Shown here: positions 45,386 to 60,760 of the stretch, in pieces
Position numbering within the stretch: the stretch's first letter is position 1
Layout of the letters: every line of letters begins with the position of its first letter
Assembly (NCBI RefSeq): GCF_009914755.1
Contig: NC_060946.1
Length of the DNA stretch: 64,000 bases
Reading direction: 5' to 3' (one strand)
Source: the human T2T-CHM13v2.0 reference genome, Homo sapiens
Made by a program: the position numbers and the translations under genes
The notes under the pieces: model-generated
The model's database searches: none
What the model saw: the letters and a program-made list of their open reading frames with translations, nothing else
Told to the model about the DNA's origin: nothing

Positions 45386-47857
45386 GCCTCTGCTCAGGGA
45401 ACTTAAATAAGAAAATGGTACATTATTTCCACAGGCCGCTTTTTGCATCCTACCTCTGTCCAACGCAAAACCTCTTCTTTCCTGGCTAACTCGGTCCTTT
45501 GTGACAGCCTGACTGAATCCGGGGACAGGACCTAAGACATGCTGAGGTTAGAGGGATACAGCAGGCCAGGACCACAGGCACGCCTCACCTCAAGGAAACC
45601 CTGTGCAGACAAAGGGTAGAAAGCTGGTCTTCAGGTTTTCACTCCTCTAAGAGGCTACTGCAACTGTCCTCACTCCCCAGGACACCTCCTCTTCCAGGAG
45701 CACATCAGCCGCCGCTTTGATCTGACCTCACAACTTTTTCACAAAGGTCTCAGGGCGTGACCCAAACAGAAAGGCAATGTAACACGTGGCAGCTGAAACG
45801 GAGCAATTTGCTCAACGAACTGCAGCTATGTTTATTATTTTAAATGGATTATAAAATAGAGTATTTGTCCTGCTTTTACTGGAAATGTTAGAGTTTGAGG
45901 GTATCTTTTTTGAAATATATTTCATTTTTAGGTAATAAATCTTGGGCAAGACACTATTTCCACCCAACGATCACTGGAAAGTGTGGAGTCAGGTCCCCCT
46001 GGGTTCAAATTCCACCTTGGTACTTAACTGTCTTTGAAAGTTCAGGCCAGTAACTTAGCCTGTCTGTGCCTCGGTTTCCTTGTCTGTTAAACATGGAATA
46101 ATAAAGTTCCCACCATAGAAAAGTAGTCAGAGGACTGTAACTGACTCTGCCAACATTATATACATGTGTATGGAGCCACTGACATGTCAGATGCTATTCC
46201 AAGTGCTTTACATGGATTAATAATTCACACAGCTCTAAAAGGTAGGGACTGTTGTGATCCCCATTTTACAGAAGGTCAGCGAAGTTGAAAAACGTCCAAG
46301 ATGACATGACTAAGCAGAGGATACAGGATTCACCCCAGGCAGTCTAGCTCCAGAGATACACCACTCCATCTATGAGGTTAGGCCCAGTGGCCAGCAAAGA
46401 ATTAGCTGCTCAACAACTCACTCACTAGGATTATAATAAATATTACTGGCTTCATTTTTATAAGAACCATTGCCTCCAGAGGGGCAATTTTATTCTGGCT
46501 TTTGAATTAAATTTCAGAGCCAGGGCACTGACCCTCGTGCTATAATAATATGTATCTCTACCCACACCCCACCCTCACCATTCTGGAGAGAAAGGCAGGC
46601 TGCGGGAACTGCCTGCTTGCAGCTTTATGGGTCAAGCTGCAGTCTCTGGGCCAAAGAAGCTGGGGGTGTCTCCATCCCAGAATTGTTGGCAAATCTCTCT
46701 GTGGCCAGGGCCAACTGCAGAATGACAGCCACCACCTGTCCCTCTTGACTGGGGAACCATGGGGGCAGAGGGCTGTGCCACAGAGAGAGCAAAGCTCCTC
46801 CAGAACACACATGCCCATCTCCAACCATGCCAAGGGGACTCCAGGCTGAGCAGAGATGGCCCTCCCCAGCCCGCCATGCCTGCTGCATCCTCTGAGCAGT
46901 GACTGGTGCTAAAATCCACAGCAACCAACAGGCAGCAGCCCCAGCCATGTCCCATGCCGCAAAGCAGGTGACCGATGAATTTAGCTCGCACTTGGCAGCA
47001 CAGGGCATTTTCACTTTGGTGGGAGGAAGCCGCCTGATTTCGTTTAATTGGAAGTTTCCCTCACCAGTGCCTGAGAGTGCTTGACAGCAGGAAGTGGAAG
47101 CGGGAAACACAGGACAATGAGAAGCCTGCCTGTCCCACACTCTGACACCTCCGGCAGCCCCACCTGATGGGCTCTGCTAGCCAGGTCACTTCTGGTAGGT
47201 GAGGTGCAGCCTTCAGTGCCCGGGGGCCAGGAGCATGCTGCATCTGGGCTCTGGGATGCAGAGCTATGGGTTCCTCCTCCACAGTTTTCCAGCAGCCACT
47301 CCCAGATAGGATTCAGTCCAAAGATCTCAACCTAAATATCCCAATCTTGGGATTTTAGAACAAAACGTCATAGAAGAAAACATACAGGATGGTCAAGAAT
47401 GCAGGCTTTGGAGCATGTAATTTCTGTGTCTGAATCACTGATCTATTCTCTCACCATGAGACCCAGCAGTTGGGTGGGCCTCTGTGGGCACAGTTTATCA
47501 TCTGTACCATGAACACGGGAACCAGGTTAGAACCCCAGGCCTGGGGATAAAACAGGACTGAAACTAACTGGACCCCCATACTGGTCCCCATGATAACTCC
47601 AACCATTGGGATTTGCTCAAAAGTGTGGGCCCACGAAGGTAATTTATGGAGTCACAAATCAGGAGAGCAGATACCCTTAGAGACACAGGGGGCAGTGATG
47701 GGAGAGGGGGAGGTGCACTCGGGTCACTGGTAATGTCCTATTTCTTGTTCTGGGAGCTGGTGATACAGATATGTTACCTTTGTGAAAATTCACCAAGCTG
47801 CACACTTATGCTTTCTGTGCTTTGCTGCTGGTATAATATGCTATACTTCTATTTAAA

Positions 47858-48200
47858 AGCAAACTAACACAGGAACAGAAAACCAAACACTGCATTGTTC
47901 TCACTCACAAGTGGGAGTTGAACAATGAGAATGCATGGACACAGGGAGGAGAACAACATACAACAGGGCCTGTCGGGGTGCGGGGGTGCGGGGCTAGGGG
48001 AGGGAGAGCATTAGGACAAATACCTAATGCATGCAGGGCTTAACACCTAGATGACGGGTCGACAGGTGCAGGAAACCACCATGGCACATGTGTATCTATG
48101 TAACAAACCTGCACATTCTGCACATGTATCTCAAAACTTAAAACAACATAAAAAAATAAATAAATAAAATATAAAATAAAAATGTACTGGAAAAAAAAAA
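47858..48200 (+). mobile_element. L1PA 3' end (3'UTR and A-rich tail)
   Basis: 'gcaaactaacacaggaacagaaaaccaaacac...gtgggagttgaacaatgagaa...aacctgcacattctgcacatgtatc'. Confidence 0.93.
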
Positions 48201-48969
48201 AAGCATTGGCATGGGACACAAAAACTGGCCTTTATGACTGTCCTCGGCTCAGGGCAAGAACTCCAGATCTGAACACTCTGGTCATCTCTCCACATAAGCC
48301 CCCTTCACCCAGGGCTGTATTTATAAAACCCACCATCTAATGGTACCACTGTATTTGCAGATGCCCCAACAACTGTGAGTGATCATCACATCCAGTGACC
48401 CCAAAGCATCCTCTCTGCCTTCCGCAAGTATTTACTGAGCGTCTTCTATGTACCAGGAATGGATCCAGAGGTAAACAAAACTAAGAAAGTCCCTTTTTAA
48501 AAAAAGCTGATTTTATGGGTCTGAAGAGAAGGGAAAGAATACCATTTACTGAGGCCCTGCTATGTATAATAATGGTGCCCTGGGGGTGCATCTGCCATGT
48601 AATTTTATTGTTAACCCTGTTGCGAGGTTCAGTCTAGTCAAGATTATCCCTCCATTTGAGGTATAAACTACCCAGTCTACGCCAAATGAAAGCCCCAAGT
48701 ATCCTCCAAAAAAATTTTTTTTCCCAAGATTTTGTAAGAAACTAGCACAGCAGGGCTCTGAGGACAGATTATCTGGGTTCAAACCTTCATTGAATGACTT
48801 TGGGCAAGTTTCTTAATCTCTCTATGCCTCAGTTTTCCCATTTTCAAAATGGGAGAAATGATTACTTCTTAGAATTCTGGAAGGATGTAATACGATGATA
48901 CAGGAAAATACTACAGAACACTTGAAATGTGGCTGCTCTGAAGTGAGCTGTGCTATAAATTAAAATACA

Positions 48970-49355
<386 letters not shown>

Positions 49356-49458
49356 CTAAATACAACATATTATTAAATTAATTTTACCTCTTTTTACCTT
49401 TTTAAAAATATGACCACTAAAATATTTAAAATTATGTATGTTGTTTATATTGTATTTC

Positions 49459-49757
49459 TTTTTTTTTTTTTTTTTTTTTTTTTAGAGACAGAGCCTTGCT
49501 CTGTTGCCCAGGCTGGAGCGCAATGGTGTGATCTCGGCTCACTTCAACCTCCACCTTCTGGTTTCAAGTGATTCTGCTTCAGTCTCCCAAGTAGTAGCTG
49601 GGACTATAGGCACCCGCCATCACGCCCAGCTAATTTTTGTATTTTTAGTATACAAATACATATTGGCCAGGCTGGTCGCAAACTCCTGACCTTGTGATCC
49701 GCCCGCCTCAGCCTCCCAAAGTGCTGGGATTACAGGCATGAGCCACCATACCCGGCC
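49459..49757 (-). mobile_element. Alu (AluS-type)
   Basis: Reverse dimer; TSD ttatattgtatttct. Confidence 0.95.
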
Positions 49758-50209
49758 AGCTTATATTGTATTTCTATCTGACAAAATGCTGTTCTAGCTT
49801 ATCAAACTGTTTTCCTAAACGAAGGCAATTCCTTTCTCAAAGGAATTTTCAATCCCAGCTCTTCAGAGAAAATGTTACATCTCAATATATAAATACATTA
49901 ACTTCATGGATGTAGAAACTAAACATGAACCTGATGATGTGCCTGAGGTCAAGCGGCTAACAAAGGTAAGGCCAGAATCTGACCCCAGATCTAACTCAAT
50001 GCTGAACTCAGCTCTTCCTGGTGCTCAACACTCATTTACCTCTACCTCTGAATCTAATCCTTAAAAGAGAGGCTTCTCCAGGCCATCACCCCAGGAAAGA
50101 CTCCAGAACTAACATTCAATTACTTGTCACTGGGATCACCGATGGATGCTGTGTTTAATAGGATAAGTGTTTGATAGCTTAAGATATGGTTTTAAAAGAG
50201 TGAGGGTAA

Positions 50210-50643
<434 letters not shown>

Positions 50644-52419
50644 TAATGTTCAGGAGGGGTCACAACATCCCAAGCACACTAAACTAACATGGAATCCTCC
50701 CAACAGCCCCATGAGGCATGGATCCTGCATCCCCATTTGACAGATGATGAAACCACTCACAGGAAGGCTTACTGCTTTGTCCACAGCCACCCAGCTAGTA
50801 AGTGGCAGAGTAGACTTCAAACCCAGTCTATATCTAGTCTTCCCACTTAACAACTGCAAATCCACCCTTCATTTTAGGCCTCCCTGTCTTTGCTCTTCCT
50901 GTCCTCTGTGCTAGAATATCTTTTCCCATCGACTTATTCTGGCAGGTCTGGCTCAAACCACTTTTTCTTTAAAGCCAATACTGTTCTCTCCCTTTTAGTA
51001 AAATTAATTAACCACTCCTTACTTTGGTAACGCATGAACTTGAAACACCATCTATCCTGTACTCGCCATAGTGTATTAGAATGTGTTGCTTATATGTCTG
51101 TTACCTCCAAAACAGCATCAGCCTCTCTTCAAAGAAGAGGCTATGCCTAATTCATGTAGGTATCTTCGGCTCCTGGCACGGTATCAGGTACATGGGAATT
51201 ACTCAGTAAGCATCTGCTGATTAAATGAATGTAATAAGCAACCAGCTCATCTTGACACCCTGTTTTTTGTTCTGAGTACCTTTTTCCCAACCTGCTTCAC
51301 TCTTCTGAATTCTGATGTTCTTCCCCATGGGTGGCTTCTCCACCAATCTGCTTGCATGGAGAGAGGCCAAGTGCACTGCTTTCAACTGTAGCTTGGTAAC
51401 ACCAATTGTCACCTCTCCATTTTTATTAATTGCTGAGTTAATCAAGCACTCCAAATTGTGTCCACCCACGTTAACATGCTCTTATTTCTGCAAGCATTTC
51501 CGGAAGACCAATAAAACAGGTTTAAGCTGAAGTAAAAGAATCCCACAGCCTTTTGGACCCAGCATGATTGCCATATTTTTCCAAGTATCTGGACCCAAGT
51601 CAGATCAGACGAAAGAAAGGTCTTGACCAAAATCTCAACCATCCGCAGCTTCTATGGAGCAAACAGCAGAGCAAACTATGATAGACTCTCTCATTTGAAC
51701 ATTCTAACTATCCTGCAAGACTGCCATTACCATGCCAGCATTCAGATAAGGAAACTGAGGCTTAATTGAGAAATGTACTATATTCCAGAGCCAGAAGAGA
51801 CAGAGATAAGGCCCAGACCTTATCCGTGCACAAGTCATGTGCAGTCTCTGCCATGTGCGGCCTGAAGGGTACACTCTTACCTGATCCTGTGGCCTGACCC
51901 ATCCTCCCAGGCTTAACAGCTACGTTCTGGTCATTTCAGTGAAGCAGAGCCACCCCACACAAATGATGTGTTCTTTCCTCTGGGAAAGCTTTGCTAAACC
52001 TCCCAGCCATAAGGGACTGAGACGTTTTCATCTGAATCTTCAACTAGGTGTTGCTTTAAATTCTGGAAAAAAAAATTCATATGGATATTTTCATTCCCTC
52101 TGCTCCTCTTACTTTTGACATACATATTAACATAAGTATATGCTTCTCCCTCACACCTGCCTCGCTGTGCCCATTCTGTGGACAGCCAACCCAGCAGCAG
52201 AGGGATGGAAGCGAGATTTATTTTATACGTGAATGTACTTTTTATTAGAATATATTTTATGTTTAATATACTTTGAATGTATGTTAATGTACTTTTTAGC
52301 CTTCTGATTGCAAAGAATAAATGCTATTCTTACAAACTGTCCTCCTCCAAACTGTCCTTGTCTACTTAATAAGTAGCTTTTTTAATTTTTTTTTTTTACT
52401 TTCGATAAAGATGCCACAG

Positions 52420-52720
52420 AGGCTGCTAGGCCAAAACGCGACGACATTCTCTGACAGGCTCCCATATGGAGAGTCTGACGTTCCAGATGCCTTCTTGTGT
52501 ACCAGGTTTCCAGAACACAGTTACGAGCCCCCCGGGGCCGAAAAAGAAGCTCTGCACACACAACACGCTGCATGGCTTACTGTCCAGCTCAACAAGCAAC
52601 TTGCTCAAAGCCTGTAGCGGGCCCTGGTGCCCCCAGAAGTCCCTGCACTAAATCCCCCAGGCGAAGTCACCTCCAGCTCTCCAAATGAGCAGCTGGAGGA
52701 CTCAGAGGAAAGGTGAGCAT
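52420..52720 (-). promoter_or_regulatory. Candidate regulatory element / exon with donor at 52581
   Basis: CpG-retaining unique block; minus-strand ACA|gtaagc donor. Confidence 0.3.
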
Positions 52721-53350
52721 CTGTGTGGGAAGGCTGGTCTAAACCTCATCACCTGGAAAGGATTTTTGAGAAATGAAAGGTAAAGAAATAAGAATTATAA
52801 TTGGGTTTATCAAATGTGGGTAATAACTTGACCCTTTTTAAAGAAGAGAAGTGTGGTTAAAAGGCAGAGTCTTACAAAAATATGTTTCCATGGCAAATTA
52901 TCACAGCAAAGAATCACAGCCATTTGTTTTTCAGATTCATCAAAATATAAACCCCAATTTGAACAGTTTTGTTTAAATAGTTCCCTCTCATAAAACATAC
53001 AGAATATAGACCCATGGACCTTATTTTGAAAAAGACCCACCTACAGAGTATATTTCACTCATGTTAAGCCTTGCGGTTTCAGGAAACAAGTTACAATGTC
53101 TCACTACAAAAGGTTAAGGAAATAGGAACCCTTAAGTGAGTGATCATCTTCATGAGCCTGAATATGAAAACAGTGGCACATGGGGCAGGTTCTCCAGACA
53201 TCAGGCTAACACTGCAAAGCCCTCAGGGCAGTACTGTAACCAGGAGGCCAAATATGGCTGAATGAAAGTCTCCAATAGCACTTTAACAGAGGAGAGGAGG
53301 TACTAACACCTTTGCCACACCCGCAAATGCTATCAATTATCTTTGCGGGG

Positions 53351-53658
53351 TTTTTTTGTTTTTGTTTTTTTTTGTTTTTTTTTTTTTTTGAGACGGAGTC
53401 TCGCTCTGTCACCCAGGCTGGAGTGCAGTGGCACGATCTCGGCTCACCGCAAGCTCCGCCTCCCGGGTTCACACCATTCTCCTGCCTCAGCTGGGACTAC
53501 AGGCACCTGCCACCATGCCTGGCTAATTTTTTGTATTTTTAGTAGAGACGGGGTTTCATCGTGTTAGCCAGGATGGTCTCAATCTCCTGACCTCGTGATC
53601 CGCTCGCCTCGGCCTCCCCAAGTGCTGGGATTACAGGCTTGAGCCACCGCACCCGGCC
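53351..53658 (-). mobile_element. Alu (AluY-type)
   Basis: 'gcaagctccgcctcccgggttcacaccattc', 'ttagccaggatggtctc'. Confidence 0.96.
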
Positions 53659-54699
53659 AATTCTCTTTGCCTTCTATGAAATGAAAAAAGGCCAGTAACC
53701 TGGGGCAAATGAAATGCCTGTGTTTCAAGTCAGTGCAGACTATATCCAAATCATACCAAGATGCCCCCCCACACCCAGTTCCACCCTCAGCAGTGATAAA
53801 GGGGCAGGTGAGGGAAGCAGATGCCAGCCAGGAGACCTCTCAGCAGGGGGGCATTGTTAAAGCTTAGGAAAAACACCAAAGATGAAACTCAGCCTCTCAT
53901 CAGTAACACTGGAACAGGAAGGCTAATCTTTATCATATAAGGCAACTAAGACTACAAATAAGGTATTTTGCAAATAAAAGTTTCATACATTCCACAGAGT
54001 AAAAGGATGCACTGAATTACCTCACTTCAGCATGTCTAGGAAACCTGTGAGATTTGATCATGGGACAACAGGTATGCATCCCCTGCTTACATAAATGGGC
54101 AGGAATTTTACTTTTCTCCTGCCATTCTCCTACCTTTGCTATGATTAACTTGAACTCCAAGAGCCCCAAACGATGGGGTTTTCAATAGACTGATGGAGCG
54201 CTCTTTTAACTAATCACTCCATAATCCAATTTTCCTCACGTGCGTCTACAAATCACCCCCATCTCTCCACAAATCCAAGAGGCCATGAGACATGACACAC
54301 AGCCAGATGAATTATGTTGAAAATGGGAAAACTCATCACTTTGGGCCCTGGATTGCAAATAATAACCAAGAATGGGTTAGAAGATTTCTAAAGATATGCT
54401 CGGATGCCAATGCCGGAGAAGTCTGTGCGGCAGGAAGCTGCTGTTATCTTTACGTTTCAGCCTCAGCAGCTTAAGACCCTTCCAGTGAGATATGATGCAA
54501 AGGGCCATGCACACACCTCCAGCACCCACAGTGTCGGGGAGCGCTGCTTTGCAAGCAGGGTGATGCTTGGCTACCACCTTGCAGCCTCTCCAGGAAGTTT
54601 CAGTATTATTATTTCCATTGCAGAGTCAAGAAAATTAAAGTGTAATAAGACAAAGTAACTCAACCAGGGTCATAGAGAATGTAAGCAGCAGAGACTCAG

Positions 54700-55410
54700 A
54701 CTCATATATTTCTCAAAGCCTTCCAGTACTGCTCCCTGGCCCAAGTCACCCTCATCTCCTGCCTGAAGTACAGCCCTCCGCAGTCTCCCTGTTTCAGCCT
54801 TTGCTACCTGGGGCCAATGCACAACCAAGAAGTAGCCTCGTGATCCTGATAAACATGAATCAGCTCATGCATCTCTTCCAATGCACACTGTGCCCAGGAG
54901 ACCCAGAACAATTGGGTTCCTCTCTGTCATCCTCTCCCAATACTTTCCTAGGGGCTTGCGCCCTTCCAGGCACACGACCCCTCTGTGGTCTCTCTATTAG
55001 CAATTAAGAAATGGCCTGAAGGCCTTTGCACTGGCATGGGCCTCGGCTCTTTCCCCAGAAAGCCCCATGACTCATTCCTTCACCACCTTCAGGCATCTCC
55101 TCCAATTACCTCTGCAAACCCTCCCGGACCAACCTCCTTAAAACCGCAAACCCTAACCCACTCCTGCCAACACACACACTCCACCCTCCCTCTCTCTCCC
55201 TTCTGTATTTTCTTCTCTCCGAGTATTTACCACCACAGGAGACACAGTATGTTTTCCTTGTTTTGTGTGTTAGTCTATCTCCCTCTGCCAGAACACAAAC
55301 TCTATGAAGGCAGGGACTCGTGTCCCTTGGTTTACTAACAGTCCCACAGTACTTAGAACAGTGCCTCATATACAGTAGTGCACAGTAAATAGTTGTGTGA
55401 TGAATCAATG
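54700..55410 (+). mobile_element. L2 fragment
   Basis: 'ctctatgaaggcagggac...cagtacttagaacagtgcc...cagtaaatagttg...tgaatcaatga'. Confidence 0.7.
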
Positions 55411-57077
55411 AGAAAAATAAAGACTTGAACCTATCTAAGTCAGGTGGTCTCTGCCCACCAACCACACCACCTGTCTCACCTTCAACAAGAATGTCAGCTC
55501 ATTCAGGGCAGAAACCAAGGCCATGCGGTTGGCCTCGGTCAATGCCAGCTTCCTCTGTGTACGAATCATTACTGCAGCTGTCCGTCCACACTGCTGGGAA
55601 CACAGCACTTTAAAGCGATCATGCGCTTGCAGGGAACATTATCCTGGGTCACTGTACGTTGACCCTCTTTCCTCTGATGGCATTAACGAGTGTGCTCTTC
55701 ACACACTGCTATCATTCAGGGTGAGTCAGTGTGGGAGAAGCAGCCCACTTATCAAACCCCACTTCTCTTCTGAGGCCCCCATATTGTGCCAGCCCACGCA
55801 AAGGGCCTGACTATGGGAAGGCATGTGCCACATCCAAGTGACTGTCAGTTTGGCTGGAGTGTCACAACTATGCAGGGAATCTGTGGGAGACCGGGCAAGA
55901 CCAGATTGGGGAGGCCCTGAAAGGCCAGATGCCACCATCCCGCGGAGCTGCCAGATTCTCGAGGTCACGGCTTACACTGCGGAGGGCCGGCAACCCCGCC
56001 TTTAATCTGCCTACCCAGGGAAGGAAAGCCTCCACCTCCTGCAAATCACCCTCTTAGTGGCATGCGTGCACTTACTCCAAAAGTCAACCTTTGTCTACAA
56101 AGGACAATGACAGGAGCAACCCTAGGTTTCCTGATGGCACAAATCAACCTCCCCTCCTGTTTTCTGAAGCTCAGGCTCTCTGCAGCTTCTGAGATGCTGC
56201 CAAGCACACAAAGGCGGAGTCACCCTGAGCCCATGATGGCACCAACAGCACATGTATTTGTGAGGCTTTCCATGGGGGGGAGGAATTAATAAAAGGGCAG
56301 GTAAAACCTTGGGAAGAATACGAATAATTACTGGAACTTATTTAAATGCTGAGTTAGGCAGTTTTTAAATGATAACTCACTTCATCCTAATGCTCTGATT
56401 AACCATTATCATCCTCGTTTTGCCCATGCAGAAACTAAGGCTCATCGGCTAAATAATCCACATGCGCCAGAAAGTGACAGCCCTCGCTTTCAAACCCAGG
56501 TTTGCAGGGCACAAGGGTGTGTGTTCCACAGGCGATACCATGCTTCCTATACCAGTGACTCTATCACTTTTTAAGTTGCTGAAAATATAATTACATTGCT
56601 ACTGAGCCACTTTATTTCAAGCTGATATCTTAGCTGACCCTCTGCGGAGGGGGCAGCTCCAACTCCTGCCTCTGAGACTTCATCCCAGGAGTAGAATTGG
56701 GGTACACACCAGTACTTCAGATGGCTAACTACACGTGAAGTCCCGAGCCCCAAGTTCACACCAATCCCCCTAAGCCTCAGTCTGTTTATCTACAAAAATA
56801 GGAATGTTTATCTCATATCAGTATCATAAGGCAGCCTTACGTAACTACTGATATTGATAGAGCAATATGAAGCTTGTTAATGTGCTTTATAAACTCTGAA
56901 AGGCTATTAAAACAAAGTTATAATTATAATGAAATCTAGTGAGTGACACCCATTCAGAGGTCTCACTGCAGGCATAAGCAGCTCAGCTACCCTCCGGGAG
57001 ATGAACCACCCAACCTACAACTTCCTGTTCACCTTCCGCTGGAGCCCAAGTTTCTCATAAAAGATCATAAAAGATGT

Positions 57078-57573
<496 letters not shown>

Positions 57574-57723
57574 TCAGACACTCTGACTTAGGCCCTCCAG
57601 CCGTCCTACAGGATGTTCCTGTGACTTGTGTGACTAGGGGGCACATTTAGAGAAAAGAAACTGGCAGAGAATCTAGTTTGGGCTTAAACTGTTTTTATTC
57701 CTATGTTATTTAAACATTAAAGT

Positions 57724-58070
57724 GGACTGGGCACAATGGCTCATGCCTGTAATCCCAGCACTTTGGGAGGCCAAGGCAGGTGAATCACTTAAGCCAGGAG
57801 TTCAAGACCAGCCTGGCCATCATGACGAAACCCTGTCTCTACTAAAAATAGAAAAATTAGCAGGGCATGGTGGCCCACACCTGTAATCCCAGCTATTTAG
57901 GAGTCTGAGGCAGGAGAATTGCTTGAACTCGGGAGGTTGCAGTGAGCCGAGATCATGCACCTGGACAACAGAGTGAGATTCTGCCAAAAAAAAAAAAAAA
58001 AAAGAAAAAAAAAGGAAGGGAGGGAGGGAAGGAGGGAGGGAGGGAAAAGAGAAGAAAAGAGAAGAGAAAA
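57724..58070 (+). mobile_element. Alu with deletions and a purine-rich (A/GGGA) tail
   Basis: Alu dimer followed by an A/G-rich tract. Confidence 0.92.
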
Positions 58071-58466
58071 ACATGTAAGACATTAAAATTAAAAAATTAT
58101 TTTTATAGTAAATGTTTACTGAGCACCAAGTACCAGGCACTGCGCTCACCACTGCAGGATACAGTGGCAAGGAAAACGACAAAAAGACACCCCTGGCTCT
58201 TGTGAAGCTTCCAGTCCAGCAGGGAAGAAACAAATAAACCAGAACATCCCATAAAAGCCTATAAAGTCAACTGGGAAAAGTGCCTCGCAGGGCTTTACAA
58301 ATACAGAAGGCAAGTTTTGGTCTGGGCAAGGTGGTGATGGTAGGGTGAAAAAGCGGTAATTAAACAGAGACCTGGGTCAGAGCAGGGGTTATCGAGGCCA
58401 GGGTGGGGAAGTGAAGGAAACAGAATTCCAAGTGAAAAGAACAGCACGTGAACATCGAATGAGTTC

Positions 58467-59134
58467 TGCTGTGGTCTGAATATCGATGTCCCCCCCAAAA
58501 TTGCTTTGTCAAAATCCTAACCCGCAATGTGATGGTATTATTAGAAGGTGGGGCCTTTGGGAGCTGTTCATACCATGAAGGTGGAGCCCTCGAGAATAGG
58601 ATTACTGCCCTTAAAACAGAAACACTAGAGAGCTCCCTCGCCCCTTCTTTCACGTAAGGACGCAATGAGAAGGCCAAGAGACAGCAGGCCCTCAGCAGGT
58701 GCCGAATCTGCTGGTATCTTGATCTTGGAATTCCAACATTCTAGCACTGCGAGACCTAAACTCGTGTTATTTAAAAGTCACCTGGCCAGGCGCAGTGGCT
58801 CACAGCTGTAATCCTAGCACTTTCGGAGACCGAGGCGGGTGGATAACCTGAGGTCAGGAGTTCGAGATCAGTCTGACCAACATGGTGAAACCCTGTCTCT
58901 ACTAAAAATACAAAAATTAGCCAGGCGTGGTGGGTGGGTGCCTGTAATCCCAGCTACTCGGGGGACTGAGGCAGGAGAACTGCTTGAGCCTGGAGGTGGA
59001 GGTTGTGGTGAGTTGACATCGTGCCACTGCACTCCAGCCTAAGTGACAAGAGCAAGACTCCATCTCACAAGAAAAAAAAAAAAATCACCCAGTTGATGGT
59101 ATTTTTACTTCAGCAGTCTGAACAGACTAGGACA
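58467..59134 (+). mobile_element. MaLR LTR MLT1A-like, interrupted by an Alu
   Basis: 'tgctgtggtctgaat...gtccccccaaaatt...' to '...gcagtctgaacagactaggaca'. Confidence 0.82.
58784..59084 (+). mobile_element. Alu (AluS-type)
   Basis: Full dimer; approximate TSD aaa(g/a)tcacc. Confidence 0.96.
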
Positions 59135-59902
59135 AGGTTCTCATGCCTATGATTTTTGCTCTAAAACAATCTTGAAATCAAAACAAACTTACAAGGTTTA
59201 CCTTGAAGATCAACGCCAATACAAGTTTCAGTGAACGTCACATACGTTTGTTTCTATTCCCCTGACCTAAACCACCACTTCCCAGAAGGAATATGGTCCA
59301 CTTTGCTCAGGCTGGCCAGGTTCTCCTGAAGATGGTGGCCCCACCCTGTGCATGGAGCTCATTCCATCGTTCCTTCCCAATGTGGACAACACTGTGGAAC
59401 CACCAATGCTCCCGTTCCACAGTCAGGCCCCTCTGCACTTCATTCTCTTTCTTCAATTGAAGAGGGACCACTTTGTACCAAAGCAATGCCTCACCTAGGA
59501 CCAGTATTTGGTTATAAGTAGTCACATTCATGACCCAGAAGATGCTTATATTAATTTTAGATGACATCAAAAGGTCAATTTTTAAAAAACGAAAAAAAAA
59601 AGTAATAAAAAAAAGTCTTACAGAACATCCATGAGCCCATGAAGGAACACTGTTTGAGAAACAAACTCCTTCCTCCCTTCCATTTTGTCACCATCTTCAA
59701 TGACCTCATGAAAATCCCTTCCTTCTGCATTTGCAAATGCCCTTCCATTTCCCTTCCAACCAAGAAATGATGTGCACGTGGTGGACAACTGTACTAATAA
59801 AGCTCATGATAAAGAATATTTGTATCACACACGGGGGAGGTGGGTAACATTTATGGAGCCCTCCAACTACCTACAAAGCACCTTCGAATATATCCTCACA
59901 CA

Positions 59903-60292
<390 letters not shown>

Positions 60293-60466
60293 TTAAAGTC
60301 AGTTACACATTTAAGTTCCTGATGTAAATCAGCATCTGCCTGACCCTAAAGCCTGAGCTTTCAACCAGGATATCACCTCACTTCCCCAAAAGAAAGCATA
60401 TACTGTAATCTGAAATCAAAACTGGCACAATAAATAACAGATGCCACCTGCCCCTAAAATTCTTAC

Positions 60467-60760
60467 CGAGCTCCCTTCAGAAGCGTCTTCATTCTCCTTT
60501 TAATTTCGTGAGCTTTTTCTCAAGCCCCCTCATTCAACAGAAATGGAAAAGATTCTTATTCTATTGTATTGTCTTCCGTTTTAATTGTCAGGTTTGCAAG
60601 TGTATGTCTGACAATTTTCGTGGCAAAGGTCCAGGAAGCTCCCTCCTGGGCTAGGCAGACTTCTGCACACCGGCAGCATTTCTTAGCGCCATTTATGACA
60701 TCTTTTTCAATGAGAGAAAAGAAAGTGTATTTTTTGGAGCCCATCCATTCAGAAGTTTGA
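60467..60760 (-). promoter_or_regulatory. Candidate alternative first exon (possible MKTLLKGA(R), donor at 60467)
   Basis: Minus strand agaATGAAGACGCTTCTGAAGGGAGCTCG|gtaaga in unique sequence. Confidence 0.25.

Noticed and set aside
46625-47140. 171-aa minus-strand ORF in unique sequence (also 7518-8006 and 61131-61583)
   Set aside because: No recognisable domain or convincing splice/Kozak context; some overlap MIRs; lengths are within chance expectation for 64 kb.
47970-48008. G-quadruplex-like G-runs (also at 30360-30395)
   Set aside because: Standard G-rich tract of the L1 3'UTR; well known.
52119-52295. Partial inverted similarity between AT-rich segments (catacatattaacataagtata / tatactt...tatgttaatgt)
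   Set aside because: Short, scrambled and low-complexity; compatible with chance.
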